A stretch of 64,000 nt of DNA from Pirellulales bacterium. GTDB taxonomy: Bacteria; Planctomycetota; Planctomycetia; Pirellulales; JAICIG01. The DNA is taken from positions 180,700 through 244,699 of the forward strand of contig JBBDYJ010000041.1 of NCBI GenBank assembly GCA_040901675.1, in the 5' to 3' direction. Each line of letters opens with the position of its first letter. The first letter of the stretch is position 1. This document shows positions 30,826 to 40,231 of this stretch, piece by piece. Below the pieces are notes generated by a model. It saw only the letters and a program-made list of their open reading frames with translations. It was not told the origin of the DNA and ran no database searches. Made by a program: the position numbers and the translations under genes.

Positions 30826-32295
30826 TTACACCTGTTTCTGCAGAAAATCGATTTGGTCGGCTACGTCAAGCCGGTTGGTCCAGTTCTCGGCATGGAACGT
30901 CCAAAAGAATTCGAGCTCAGGCAAGAGGTCCGGAGCATTCTGTCGGACGATTCCAAAGCAAGGTTCCCGCCCTTTTGCCGCCAGCAGATACAAGAGCCAT
31001 TGACGACGCTGGCCGACCGCTGATCGGATTTGGGCGACCGCTGTTGGAACGAAGTCGCACTCGCTCGCCAATACGGCGCGGATAATGCCCGCCGATTGCC
31101 GGCCATCGTCGCTGATTGCTTCCAAAACCGGGTGAACGTTGGACGAATCGATCCGTCGCGAAGTCGCCACGATCGCGTGAACGGCGGTTAGCTCGTCAGG
31201 ATCGTGGACAAGAGCCAGTGGTTGTGCAACGTCCGCCTTTGCGGCAGCGAGTCCCCATGCGCTCGCGGCCCTTAGCTCGGAGTCGTTCGTCTGGTTCGCT
31301 GCTAGTGCCGCCAGGAGGTCTATCGACCGCTGGTCGGGAAGCTCCGCCAGGATAAACGCCGTTTCCATGCGATAATCTGGCGGCACTTCTTTCTGTCGCG
31401 ACATTGCGGCTAAGTGAGCCCAGCCCTCTTCAATCCCCAGCCGAGCCAGCGAAGCTGCAGCTTCCAACCTAATGCGATCGTCGGGATAATTCGCCATAAC
31501 CCCGGCAAGTGCCTCAACGCTCGCCGGCATGAAATGAGCCAGGAACCCGAGCGCCTTGACGGCCACATAGACGGCAGCGCTGTCTTCGCTGGTAAGATCA
31601 GCCATGAAGTCATACGGGACGACCCTTGCCGCAATAGGTGAAACAAGCGAATCCATGACGGACGCGATAACCGTGTCTCCCTCCCCGAAACTTTCGTCAA
31701 CTGAAACGTGCGGAATCAAAGAATCGCTGTTCTTGCGGCCTAGCCGATAGCGCTGTTTTCGGCCGCCTTCAAGTTGGGTCTCGATTCGGTCGCTTAATAT
31801 CCCCGTGACTGTGCCCGCAGAACGGGGTATGGTAGCCGGCCAGGTTAATCGAATCTCGCTGCCTTCTGACGCCGATTTCATGCGACTACGGCGAGCGCGG
31901 TGCGCCTTTGCCCGCATATCGCCGACGCGAAATAGTGCGACTCGCTCGCTGGCGCGCCAGGTATCCCCGTCTGGCCAGCATCGAATGAAGGCGATCAGGT
32001 CACTGTCTCGAAGGCCCCTGTCCCAAGCGCGATCGGGGTTATTGACCGCGTGCGACATCGAGACCTCCATTTTGCTCTTGCCGCGCGATTCGATGCGCGT
32101 GCCAGACTTGAGGCAGAGCAAGTCGGGCACGCGAAGCCGCTTGATCTTCGTTGCCCAAATCTTATTGCTGGTGCAATGGCGCTCAAGTTCAATGATCCTG
32201 AAGCTGCCCCGGTTCAGTATCGCTGCGACCTTGCGCGTGCCGATCGCTCCGATGCTGATGTTGCGGAGAAACTCGCGGTCGCTCTTGAATCCCAC
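30826..32295 (-). CDS. putative restriction endonuclease: PD-(D/E)xK-like N-terminus + HEAT repeats
   Basis: RVPDLLC...RIESRGK; C-terminal IRLEAAASLA and LRAASAWGLA; sits in the R position behind the C gene. Confidence 0.6.
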   Translation of the reverse strand: MGFKSDREFLRNISIGAIGTRKVAAILNRGSFRIIELERHCTSNKIWATKIKRLRVPDLLCLKSGTRIESRGKSKMEVSMSHAVNNPDRAWDRGLRDSDLIAFIRCWPDGDTWRASERVALFRVGDMRAKAHRARRSRMKSASEGSEIRLTWPATIPRSAGTVTGILSDRIETQLEGGRKQRYRLGRKNSDSLIPHVSVDESFGEGDTVIASVMDSLVSPIAARVVPYDFMADLTSEDSAAVYVAVKALGFLAHFMPASVEALAGVMANYPDDRIRLEAAASLARLGIEEGWAHLAAMSRQKEVPPDYRMETAFILAELPDQRSIDLLAALAANQTNDSELRAASAWGLAAAKADVAQPLALVHDPDELTAVHAIVATSRRIDSSNVHPVLEAISDDGRQSAGIIRAVLASECDFVPTAVAQIRSAVGQRRQWLLYLLAAKGREPCFGIVRQNAPDLLPELEFFWTFHAENWTNRLDVADQIDFLQKQV

Positions 32296-32318
32296 TGCGG
32301 CTCCGCCTCGCCGGCATT

Positions 32319-32525
32319 TCAGGGCATCAAGTCAGCCATCGAGACGCCGAGCGCCTTCGCAAGACGCTCGATGTTCACGAGCGAGATATTGCGCTCACCG
32401 CGTTCGACGCCACTAACGTAGGTTCGGTGCAGACCTGCAAGCTCCGCGAGCCGTTCTTGCGAGATTCCAATCCGCAGACGGGTGTCGCGAAGCTTACGAC
32501 CGAAGCGACCTTGCACGGCTTGCAA
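32319..32525 (-). CDS. R-M controller (C) protein, XRE-type HTH
   Basis: SQERLAELAGLHRTYVSGVERGERNISLVNI. Confidence 0.85.
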   Translation of the reverse strand: MQAVQGRFGRKLRDTRLRIGISQERLAELAGLHRTYVSGVERGERNISLVNIERLAKALGVSMADLMP

Positions 32526-32564
32526 GACGTATCCTGGCTCGGCTCTAGGTTAGGTGATCTTCCC

Positions 32565-32594
32565 TTGACGCCAATCTGGCGGCGTGCATACTAT
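32565..32594 (+). promoter_or_regulatory. sigma70-like promoter for the methylase, overlapping the C-box
   Basis: TTGACG followed 16-18 nt later by CATACT/TACTAT. Confidence 0.5.
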
Positions 32595-32614
32595 AGGTCT
32601 ACAGCCTTTAAGTT
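32589..32614 (-). promoter_or_regulatory. C-box operator pair
   Basis: AACT-TAA-AGGC TGTA GACC-TAT-AGTA, versus the GACTnnnAGTC-TGTA-GACTnnnAGTC pattern of the PvuII C-box. Confidence 0.65.
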
Positions 32615-32673
32615 ACGGTAACGTATCGTCTGCAATCCTGGTCATTTCCAAACGAAATGGTAGTTTGACGCCC

Positions 32674-33651
32674 ATGAAGCCAATCGAGATTTATCGAACC
32701 CGGTTTGGCCGCGTCGTCCTAACGCGGGCGGAAGACTATCTGCCGCTTCTGCCAGAAAACTCCGTCGACTTGGTGATGACTTCACCGCCGTTCGCGCTCC
32801 TGCGTCAGAAGGCGTACGGCAACCTCGATCAAGCGGAGTACGTCGATTGGCTCGCGTCGTTCGGCCCGCTCGTTCGGCGCGTGCTCAAGGACACCGGTAG
32901 CTTCGTCCTTGACTTGGGTGGAGCATATCAACGCGGAGTGCCGTGTCGGTCGCTCTACAACTTCCGCGTGCTCTTGCGTCTGTGCGATGAACACGGCTTC
33001 TACCTCGCAGAAGAGTTCTTTTGGCACAATCCGGCCAAACTTCCATCGCCGATCGAATGGGTCAACAAGCGCAAGATTCGAGCGAAGGATTCCGTTAATA
33101 CGGTGTGGTGGCTTAGCAAGTCGGAGAACCCGAAGGCTGACGTGAGCAGCGTTCTCGCGCCATATAGCGACCGGATGAGGCAACTCCTCAAGGACCCCGA
33201 CGTGTTCTACAGGCCGAAGGATCGCCCGTCCGGACACGACATAAGCAGGGCGTTCGGCACGGATAACGGCGGAGCCATTCCGTCGAACTTGCTGCAGTAC
33301 GCCAACACGGAGAGCAACTCGATTCATATTCGTCTCTGCAAAGCAAACAACATCCCGCCCCACCCGGCACGCTTCCCGCTCGCCCTGCCTGAGTTCTTTA
33401 TCAAGTTCCTGACGGAACCGGGGGACACCGTTGTAGACATCTTCGCGGGATCGAACACGACGGGTGAAGCAGCCGAAGCGTTGGGCCGCAATTGGCTCGC
33501 ATTGGAATGCGACCGGAACTACGTGATCGGATCCGCGTTCCGCTTTATGCAGGATTGGAACGACCAAGAAGTAGCCAAGTTCGTGGCAACATGCCGGAGC
33601 GAAGTCACGGAGCCGATCAACGTTCTTTCGGCACAACAAGCGCTCTTCTAA
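32674..33651 (+). CDS. N4-cytosine DNA methyltransferase (beta class), M.PvuII-like
   Basis: TSPPFAL, KLPSPIEWVNKRKIR, HPARFP and DIFAGSNTTG; colinear with M.PvuII as recalled. Confidence 0.92.
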   Translation: MKPIEIYRTRFGRVVLTRAEDYLPLLPENSVDLVMTSPPFALLRQKAYGNLDQAEYVDWLASFGPLVRRVLKDTGSFVLDLGGAYQRGVPCRSLYNFRVLLRLCDEHGFYLAEEFFWHNPAKLPSPIEWVNKRKIRAKDSVNTVWWLSKSENPKADVSSVLAPYSDRMRQLLKDPDVFYRPKDRPSGHDISRAFGTDNGGAIPSNLLQYANTESNSIHIRLCKANNIPPHPARFPLALPEFFIKFLTEPGDTVVDIFAGSNTTGEAAEALGRNWLALECDRNYVIGSAFRFMQDWNDQEVAKFVATCRSEVTEPINVLSAQQALF

Positions 33652-33765
33652 TCGACGTGCCTCGCCCGAAAGCGCGTGCAAGATTTGCAGCCTTGAGCAG
33701 CGTCCAGCGGCGGGTCCGCAGCCGCCATGGCCGCTGAGCCTGGGTAGTGTCCTAACTGTGTGTTG

Positions 33766-34011
33766 CTACTTCGGGCGCGGCTTTTTCTTGAGCCAGTCCA
33801 GCCCGGCCCAGACGTGCAACGCCCCGTAGGCAGTCATCAGAACGAGTCCAACGATGTTTTCTGCAGGGCCAGCGGGACCGCCAAACCCATTGTTGAGCCC
33901 AAGTAGATACCCCACGAGCACCACCAGCCCTCCAACAGCGAGAACTGCACCGCAGCCGACGGCGACGAATGCTTTGGATCGCGTCCACTTCTTTTCCCTG
34001 AACCCATTCAT
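33766..34011 (-). CDS. small two-TM passenger protein
   Basis: Starts 3 nt after the transposase stop; its own stop overlaps the TIR. Confidence 0.65.
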   Translation of the reverse strand: MNGFREKKWTRSKAFVAVGCGAVLAVGGLVVLVGYLLGLNNGFGGPAGPAENIVGLVLMTAYGALHVWAGLDWLKKKPRPK

Positions 34012-34014
34012 CGG

Positions 34015-34375
34015 CTATTCCAGGACCGCCGCGAATAGCTCGTCAAAACTCCAGACGTGGTCGGCGAGCCCGGCCATCATCGCAGCCGATGGCCGCTTCT
34101 GGCCAGACTTGCCCGGCTTCCGGGTCTGCCAGCAGTAATTGTAATACGCCGCGACATGGCGAAAGCCGCTTCCAGGTTCGCCAGTTTCTTGGAGAAGCAC
34201 AGCGTCAGCCGGTTGAGTCGCTTCAGGAAGACCCGCTGGGTGCCGTTCAGCCGCTCTACGTGGCTACTGCATATCGTTCGCTGCTGGCGACCGGATATGC
34301 CACGCATGCCCCGCCACCTGGTTCCGACCATTTCGGACGGGGTATAGATCATGCGGGCGTTGCGGTACTCCTTTC
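34015..34375 (-). pseudogene. IS1-family transposase C-terminal remnant, frameshifted
   Basis: SSHVERLNGT...RLTLCFSKK, then YNYC...AMMAGLADHVWS in another frame. Confidence 0.85.
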
Positions 34376-34561
34376 GGATGGTAGTCGGTTGCGCAATGGA
34401 AGCGAGGCTTTTCTAGCTACTGGCGTGCGCCAAAGCCGGCCCGCCAGCAACACACTCTTAGGACACTACCTGAGCCTGCGAGCGCTTGCGAGCTGAGCCG
34501 CGAAGGTTTAGGCTGTGGTTGATTCCAGCCGCCCGTATCGCTAAACGGGGAGCCCGCAACG

Positions 34562-37186
34562 ATGCAGCGTCTCGGTACTTACGTCCACCAGGCAGGGGCC
34601 GCCGTCGCGGCGACGCTCCTGACGCTGGTGCCTGGCCCGCTGGCCGCCGACGAAGGGCCGGTCGACGGCAGCGCGGCCGGCGTCACCGTCGAGATCGTCG
34701 AAAATGTTCCAGACCAACCGTCGTGGGACTTTGAGATCCCTGAGGCCGTCGACCGGTACGAGCTGCCGGCGTTCGGCCTGGTCTCGCTGCCGAAAAAATA
34801 TACCGACCGCGGGCTGCTCGCCGAGAGGAGCAACCCGTTTATCGTCTCCGCAACGGCAAAGCTGGCACTGCCGGCCGGCGAGTACCGGCTGATTCTGCGG
34901 TCGAAGAACGCGGCCCGGCTGCTCGTCGATGGAAAACCGGTCGCCGAAACGCAATTCCTCAGCCCGAATGCGTCCGGGCACGAACATGTGCCGGAGCGGA
35001 CCGCCGCCGCTGATCCCCGAACGCCTGCCCTGCTGCCTGGACACCAGGAACAAATCGCGGCACTGACGCTGGACGGCGATCCGCACGACTTTCGGCTCTT
35101 GGCCTTCGTCGGTGGCAAGCGACTGCGGCCCGAAATCGGCGAGGTTTGGGTGGCCGTGGCGCAGGGCGACCAGCCTCCGGAATTGCTCAGCCCCGCAACG
35201 ACCACGATTCCGCTGACCGACGCCTCGTGGGCAAGCTACGCCGCGGATTGTCAGCGGCAGCAGGCACAGCGCGATCGCCAGGCCCGTCAGGCCGCCGGCG
35301 CGCATGAGGCGGATTACTGGGCCGCCAGGCACGACATCGCCCGCCGCGAGTGGAGCGATCGGCCGGCTGTGCCAGTTCCCGAAGTCAAGCGGCTGGATGC
35401 AGCGTTCAACGACATCGACCGGTTCATCAATGCCCGCCTGGAGGCCGCCGGTATCATCCCGGAAACGCTGTGCGACGATCTGGCGTTTCTCCGCCGCGTG
35501 ACGCTGGACACCGCCGGCGTGGTTCCATCGCGAGCGGAGATCGAAGCGTTCCTGGCCGATCAATCGCCCAACCGGCGGTCGTCGGTCATCGATCGGCTGT
35601 TGGCCGATCCGCGCTGGGCCGACCACTGGGTCGGCTACTGGCAGGATGTGCTGGCCGAGAATCCGGGCATCTTGAAGCCGACGCTCAACAACACGGGGCC
35701 CTTCCGCTGGTGGATCCACGAATCGTTTTCGGACAACAAGCCGTTCGACCGCTTCGCCACCGAGCTGGTGCGGATGGACGGCGGCACGTGGAGCGGCGGG
35801 CCCGCCGGCTTTGCCATGGCCACGCAGAACGACGCCCCCATGGCGTCCAAGGCGCACGTCATTGCCAAGGCCTTCCTGGGGCTGGAAATGCAGTGTGCCC
35901 GTTGTCACGATGCGCCGTTCCAGCCCTTCAAGCAGCACGAGCTGTTCAGCGTGGCGGCCATGCTGGCCAGAGAACCACAGCAGGTTCCGCCGACCAGCAC
36001 CGTGATCGCCTCCGAGCGGGCCCGCCGCCCCCTGATCGAGGTCACGCTGGAGCCGGGCGTGCCGGTCGCGCCCGCTTGGCCGTTTTCCGAGCTGGCGGCC
36101 GCCGAGCTGCCCGACGGCATTTTGCAAAACCCCATTGATCCGCGCGAACGGCTGGCGGCCATCATCACTTCGCCTCGAAACGTGCGATTCGCGCAAGTGA
36201 TCGTCAACCGGCTCTGGCAACGCTATCTGGGCGCGGGCCTGGTGGAACCGGTCGACGACTGGCCGGTCGACTGGCCGGCCGCCGACGCATCGCATGCCGA
36301 GCTGCTCGAATACCTGGCCCGTGAACTGGTAACGCACGATTACGATCTGAAGCACGTGGCCCGGCTGATTCTCAACTCGCACACCTACCAGCGGGCGGTC
36401 CCGGCTGCCGCGCAATCGGCCGGCGGCGAGAGCAACCAGCGGCTGTTTGCCTCGCCCCTGCGGCGGCGGCTCTCGGCCGAGCAGCTCGTCGATTCGCTGT
36501 TTCTGGTCGCGGGCAAGGACATGCACTGCGAAGAGCTGACGATGGACCCGGAAGGCCGCAGGCCCGTGACCGAGATGCAGAACCTGGGCACTCCGCGGCG
36601 CGCCTGGCAATTCACTTCGCTCTCGAACGAGCGGGACCGCCCTGCCCTTTCGCTCCCGGTGGCCCAGAGCATCGTCGACGTGCTGGCGGCATACGGCTGG
36701 CGCGAATCGCGGCAAAACCCGCTGACCGTCCGCGAGGAGGCGGCCACGCCGTTGCAGCCGATGGTGCTGGCCAATGGAATCGCCGGCAGCCGGATCACGC
36801 GACTCTCGGACGATAGCGCTCTGACCGAGCTGGCATTGGAAGACCGGCCGGTGCAACAACTGGTCGAGGCCGTGTTTCTACAGATCTTGTCGCGCGGTCC
36901 GACCGAAGATGAGCGGCAGACGTTTGTGGAGCTGCTGAACGACGGCTACGACGATCGCCGCGTGGCCGGAGCGGAAGCGGTGCCTGCCAGATCGCTCCGG
37001 CTCGCCTCGGCCGTGTCGTGGTCGAACCATCTCAGCCCGGAGGCCACGCGGATCAAATTGGATCTGGAACGCATCGCCCGCCAGGGAGATCCGCCCACAA
37101 CCCGCCTCCAGGCCGACTGGCGCGAACGGATGGAAGACATGGCCTGGGCGCTGCTCAATTCGCCCGAGTTTATATTCGTCCCCTGA
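34562..37186 (+). CDS. DUF1549/DUF1553 (PSD1) planctomycete protein
   Basis: [23 protein letters not shown] and LLNSPEF motifs. Confidence 0.9.
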   Translation: MQRLGTYVHQAGAAVAATLLTLVPGPLAADEGPVDGSAAGVTVEIVENVPDQPSWDFEIPEAVDRYELPAFGLVSLPKKYTDRGLLAERSNPFIVSATAKLALPAGEYRLILRSKNAARLLVDGKPVAETQFLSPNASGHEHVPERTAAADPRTPALLPGHQEQIAALTLDGDPHDFRLLAFVGGKRLRPEIGEVWVAVAQGDQPPELLSPATTTIPLTDASWASYAADCQRQQAQRDRQARQAAGAHEADYWAARHDIARREWSDRPAVPVPEVKRLDAAFNDIDRFINARLEAAGIIPETLCDDLAFLRRVTLDTAGVVPSRAEIEAFLADQSPNRRSSVIDRLLADPRWADHWVGYWQDVLAENPGILKPTLNNTGPFRWWIHESFSDNKPFDRFATELVRMDGGTWSGGPAGFAMATQNDAPMASKAHVIAKAFLGLEMQCARCHDAPFQPFKQHELFSVAAMLAREPQQVPPTSTVIASERARRPLIEVTLEPGVPVAPAWPFSELAAAELPDGILQNPIDPRERLAAIITSPRNVRFAQVIVNRLWQRYLGAGLVEPVDDWPVDWPAADASHAELLEYLARELVTHDYDLKHVARLILNSHTYQRAVPAAAQSAGGESNQRLFASPLRRRLSAEQLVDSLFLVAGKDMHCEELTMDPEGRRPVTEMQNLGTPRRAWQFTSLSNERDRPALSLPVAQSIVDVLAAYGWRESRQNPLTVREEAATPLQPMVLANGIAGSRITRLSDDSALTELALEDRPVQQLVEAVFLQILSRGPTEDERQTFVELLNDGYDDRRVAGAEAVPARSLRLASAVSWSNHLSPEATRIKLDLERIARQGDPPTTRLQADWRERMEDMAWALLNSPEFIFVP

Positions 37187-37212
37187 AGAATCCTCTATTG
37201 CGTCGAGTATCC

Positions 37213-38538
37213 ATGCGATACACACCCCACACGCGCCGTGAGTTCCTTGCACGCGCCGGGCAATTCGGCTTCGCCGCGGCGGCCATGCCCCTGTTTGCCG
37301 AGCTGCCCGCGGCCATGGCCCAGGAGGCCGGCGAAGCCGGCCAGCACCGGCCGAAGGGGACCGCCGATTCCTGCATCTTCATTTGGCTCGGCGGCGGGGC
37401 CTGTCACATCGACACCTGGGATCCCAAGCGGCGCGGAGACGGCAAAAAGCAGCCCGGCTCGTACTACGATCCGATTCCCACGGCGATTCCAGGGGCAAGC
37501 GTCTGCCAGCCTTTGAACCGCAGCGCCCCCCTCTTGGATCGGGCCGTGCTGGTCCGCAGCCTACACCATGACGTGGTCGACGAGCACGCCGCCGCCACGA
37601 ACCGCCTGCACACGGGCCGCCCCGTGAGCGGCACCGTGCTGTACCCCTCGATCGGCTCGGTCGTGGCGCACGAGCGAGGCAGCGGCGGAGATGGCGTGCC
37701 GGCCTACGTCGTGATGGGTTATCCCAACGTGACCCGCGGGCCTGGATTCCTGGGCGCACGGTACAGCTACATCTATCTGACCGAAACCGACGCCGGCCCG
37801 ACCGGATTGGCCCGGCCGGCGGAAATCACCGGGCCCCGCCAAGCCCGCCGCGAGGCCTTGCTCGCCAGGCTGCGCGAGAGCTACGTGCAGCGGTTCCGCG
37901 GCGATCCCAAGATCGAAGACTACGCGGCCGCCGAAGTCGCGGGGCTGCGGCTGGCCGGCCCGGAGTTCATGGATGTGTTCCGCCTCGACCGCGAGCCGGC
38001 GGAGCTGCGCACGGCCTACGGCGACGAGTTCGGCCAGCGCTGCCTGCTGGCGCGGCGGCTCGTCGAGCGCGGCGTGCGGTTTGTCGAAGTCTCGTTCAAT
38101 CTCAACTTCGTCAACGGCACCGGCTGGGACACGCACAACGAGGGGCAATTGAACCAGCATCTGTTGATCGACGGCCTCGACCGCGCGTTTGCCACGCTGC
38201 TGGCCGACCTGGAGCGCCGCAAACTGCTCGACCGAACGCTGATCGTGATTGCCACCGAGTTCGGCCGCCCGCCGGAGTTCGATGGCGGCGGCGGCCGCGG
38301 GCACCACTCCAAGGCCTTCAGCGCCGTGCTGGCCGGCGGCGGCCTGCGCACCGGGCAGGTGATCGGCGAGACCGACGAGTTGGGCAGGGAGATCGTTGGC
38401 GAAGCGGTTTCGGTCCCCGACCTGCACGCCACGATCTACCGTGCGCTGGGGATTGACCCTGCCAAGGAGCTCCACGACGGCGACCGCCCGGTGCCCATCA
38501 CCGACATGGGCAAGCCGATCATGAAACTCTTCGCGTGA
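37213..38538 (+). CDS. DUF1501 protein (Tat signal)
   Basis: [31 protein letters not shown] and TEFGR motifs. Confidence 0.92.
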   Translation: MRYTPHTRREFLARAGQFGFAAAAMPLFAELPAAMAQEAGEAGQHRPKGTADSCIFIWLGGGACHIDTWDPKRRGDGKKQPGSYYDPIPTAIPGASVCQPLNRSAPLLDRAVLVRSLHHDVVDEHAAATNRLHTGRPVSGTVLYPSIGSVVAHERGSGGDGVPAYVVMGYPNVTRGPGFLGARYSYIYLTETDAGPTGLARPAEITGPRQARREALLARLRESYVQRFRGDPKIEDYAAAEVAGLRLAGPEFMDVFRLDREPAELRTAYGDEFGQRCLLARRLVERGVRFVEVSFNLNFVNGTGWDTHNEGQLNQHLLIDGLDRAFATLLADLERRKLLDRTLIVIATEFGRPPEFDGGGGRGHHSKAFSAVLAGGGLRTGQVIGETDELGREIVGEAVSVPDLHATIYRALGIDPAKELHDGDRPVPITDMGKPIMKLFA

Positions 38539-38574
38539 CCAGATTCGCCACGCACTGGTGCACCGAGGTGCACA

Positions 38575-38790
38575 ATGAACGCGCTGTGGCTGCTGTGGAT
38601 GCTTGGGCTCATCGGGACAGTGCTCGCGGCGATCGGTGGGTACGTGTGGTGGAGCGCGCGCCGGCTCTACAAGTTCCGATGTCCAAGCTGTTCGCAGAAG
38701 CTCCATTACCGGGCCCGGCAGGCGGGCCATCCCGGCATGTGCCCGCGCTGCGGGCAGCACTTGAAGTTCCCTCCCATCGCGACGCGGTAA
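38575..38790 (+). CDS. small membrane-anchored zinc-ribbon protein
   Basis: TM segment + CPSC...CPRC; GAGG RBS. Confidence 0.7.
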   Translation: MNALWLLWMLGLIGTVLAAIGGYVWWSARRLYKFRCPSCSQKLHYRARQAGHPGMCPRCGQHLKFPPIATR

Positions 38791-38804
38791 AATCTTTCGG
38801 CCTG

Positions 38805-39011
38805 CTAATCCAGGCGGAAGCCGATCTTGACGGTCACCTGGTACTCGGCGATCCGGCCGTTCTCGATGCGGCCCCGCTGCTCGGTCACCTCGAACCAGTC
38901 GAGGTTGTGCAAGGTTTCGGCCGCCTTCTTGACCGCGGCACTCAGCGCCTCACCATACGAGTTGGGTGAACTACCGACGATTTCGATCTTCTTGTACGTC
39001 TTTTCGGGCAT
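38805..39011 (-). CDS. dodecin
   Basis: YKKIEIVGSS...WFEV...YQVTVKIGFRLD. Confidence 0.92.
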   Translation of the reverse strand: MPEKTYKKIEIVGSSPNSYGEALSAAVKKAAETLHNLDWFEVTEQRGRIENGRIAEYQVTVKIGFRLD

Positions 39012-39058
39012 GGCTGGCTCCTGGCATCGGTGATGGGTCGTGAATGGACAGAGTACCG

Positions 39059-39074
39059 AGCACATTGCGCGCCG
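39059..39074 (-). promoter_or_regulatory. sigma-54-like -24/-12 site upstream of dodecin
   Basis: CGG-CGCGCAATGT-GCT. Confidence 0.45.
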
Positions 39075-39106
39075 TGTACGCGTTTCCGTAAAGCTCAAAA
39101 AGCCCT

Positions 39107-39586
39107 TCACATGGACCGGCAAGGCGGGTTACCGGTACACGCAAGTCGATAGCGGCGGACGCCGCCCCGCTCGGCGAGGCGAACGGCGAGCGGTGCACCG
39201 CAACGGGGGCAGAACTCGCCCGTCGGCGGTGGTGCACCCTGCTCTTCCCGCTCCTGGCAGGCGGCGCACAAGGTGGCATTGGGAAACACCGCCAGGCGCT
39301 CGGCTGCAATGACCTGCTGGCACACTTCGCAGGTCGCTGCCTGGGGCCAGCCAAACTGCTCGTCCTCCGCCGGGCTGGCCGAGAGGCGCTTGGCGCCGCA
39401 CTCCGGGCACGCCTGGCTCGGAGCCAACGCCAGCAGCAGCTCCCGAATCGTCTCGCTGTCGGCGTCGCTGTTCTCCCGCAGGCGGCCGGCGGCGCGCAGC
39501 CAACGTGCCGCCCCGGCCGCGTCGTGCACGACGCCCCAGCCGCAGCCCGAGCAGCGTAACTGAATCCACCGGTCGTCCTGTGCCAC
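39107..39586 (-). CDS. multi-zinc-finger protein with a TraR/DksA C4-type finger
   Basis: CEVC...ERLAVFP...CAACQ plus further CxxC pairs. Confidence 0.75.
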   Translation of the reverse strand: MAQDDRWIQLRCSGCGWGVVHDAAGAARWLRAAGRLRENSDADSETIRELLLALAPSQACPECGAKRLSASPAEDEQFGWPQAATCEVCQQVIAAERLAVFPNATLCAACQEREEQGAPPPTGEFCPRCGAPLAVRLAERGGVRRYRLACTGNPPCRSM

Positions 39587-39657
39587 AGCGGATCCTCCCG
39601 GGCTGACTTACGAAATCGTTCCATGGAAGGATCGATTCGTTTGTGGGAACCGCAGGC

Positions 39658-39956
39658 TCACTGCAATTCGGCGCCGCCAAGAAACACGGCGTCTTCAGCT
39701 TCAATACGCTCTAGACCAACTTCCTCCGGGTCTACGCCAGCCGCTCGCACCGCGGCATCCAGGTCGGCGATGTTCTCACAACTGGCGACAATCCGCGCCC
39801 CGTCCGCGCTAAAGGCCACCCACTTGCCGCGACAGTTGTCTAGCTGGTGTCTAGCTGGTCCGCCGTAAACCTACGGCGATTCTCCTCGTACAGGCTCAAC
39901 GCAACGTCCATGTCCGACGTGACCGCCGGTTTTTGATCGACTTGTTCAGGTTCCAT
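39658..39956 (-). pseudogene. DUF5678-like small gene broken by an 11-bp duplication
   Basis: Removing one TGTCTAGCTGG copy (39837..39858) restores an ORF containing RGKWVAFSADGARIVAS. Confidence 0.7.
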
Positions 39957-40231
39957 CTCTAATCACTTGGCTAGCCGCAATCCGCGGCTACGCATGAATA
40001 TCGCTCAGTGTCCCAACAATAGATAGTATCGCATACCCTTCCAGGAACTTCAATTACACGTGGCAGGCAACCCGCACGAAAAGCAAACTCTTCAAGCGGA
40101 TCTCCGTTGCCCCGCTGGGCCAGGAAGCCGACGCGCCGAATTGAAACGGCCGGCTCGGCCGATTTCGGGGCTGAACCCCCGCCGGCTGATTGCTGCTTCC
40201 CTCCGGCCCGGCACGCGGATACAAACGGGGC

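Larger units (their letters stand above)
33743..34470. mobile_element. IS1-family derivative with passenger gene (internally deleted)
   Basis: 25-bp TIRs with 2 mismatches (GGTAGTGTCCTAA..GTGTGTTGCT); 8-bp TSD TGAGCCTG at 33735..33742 and 34471..34478. Confidence 0.9.
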
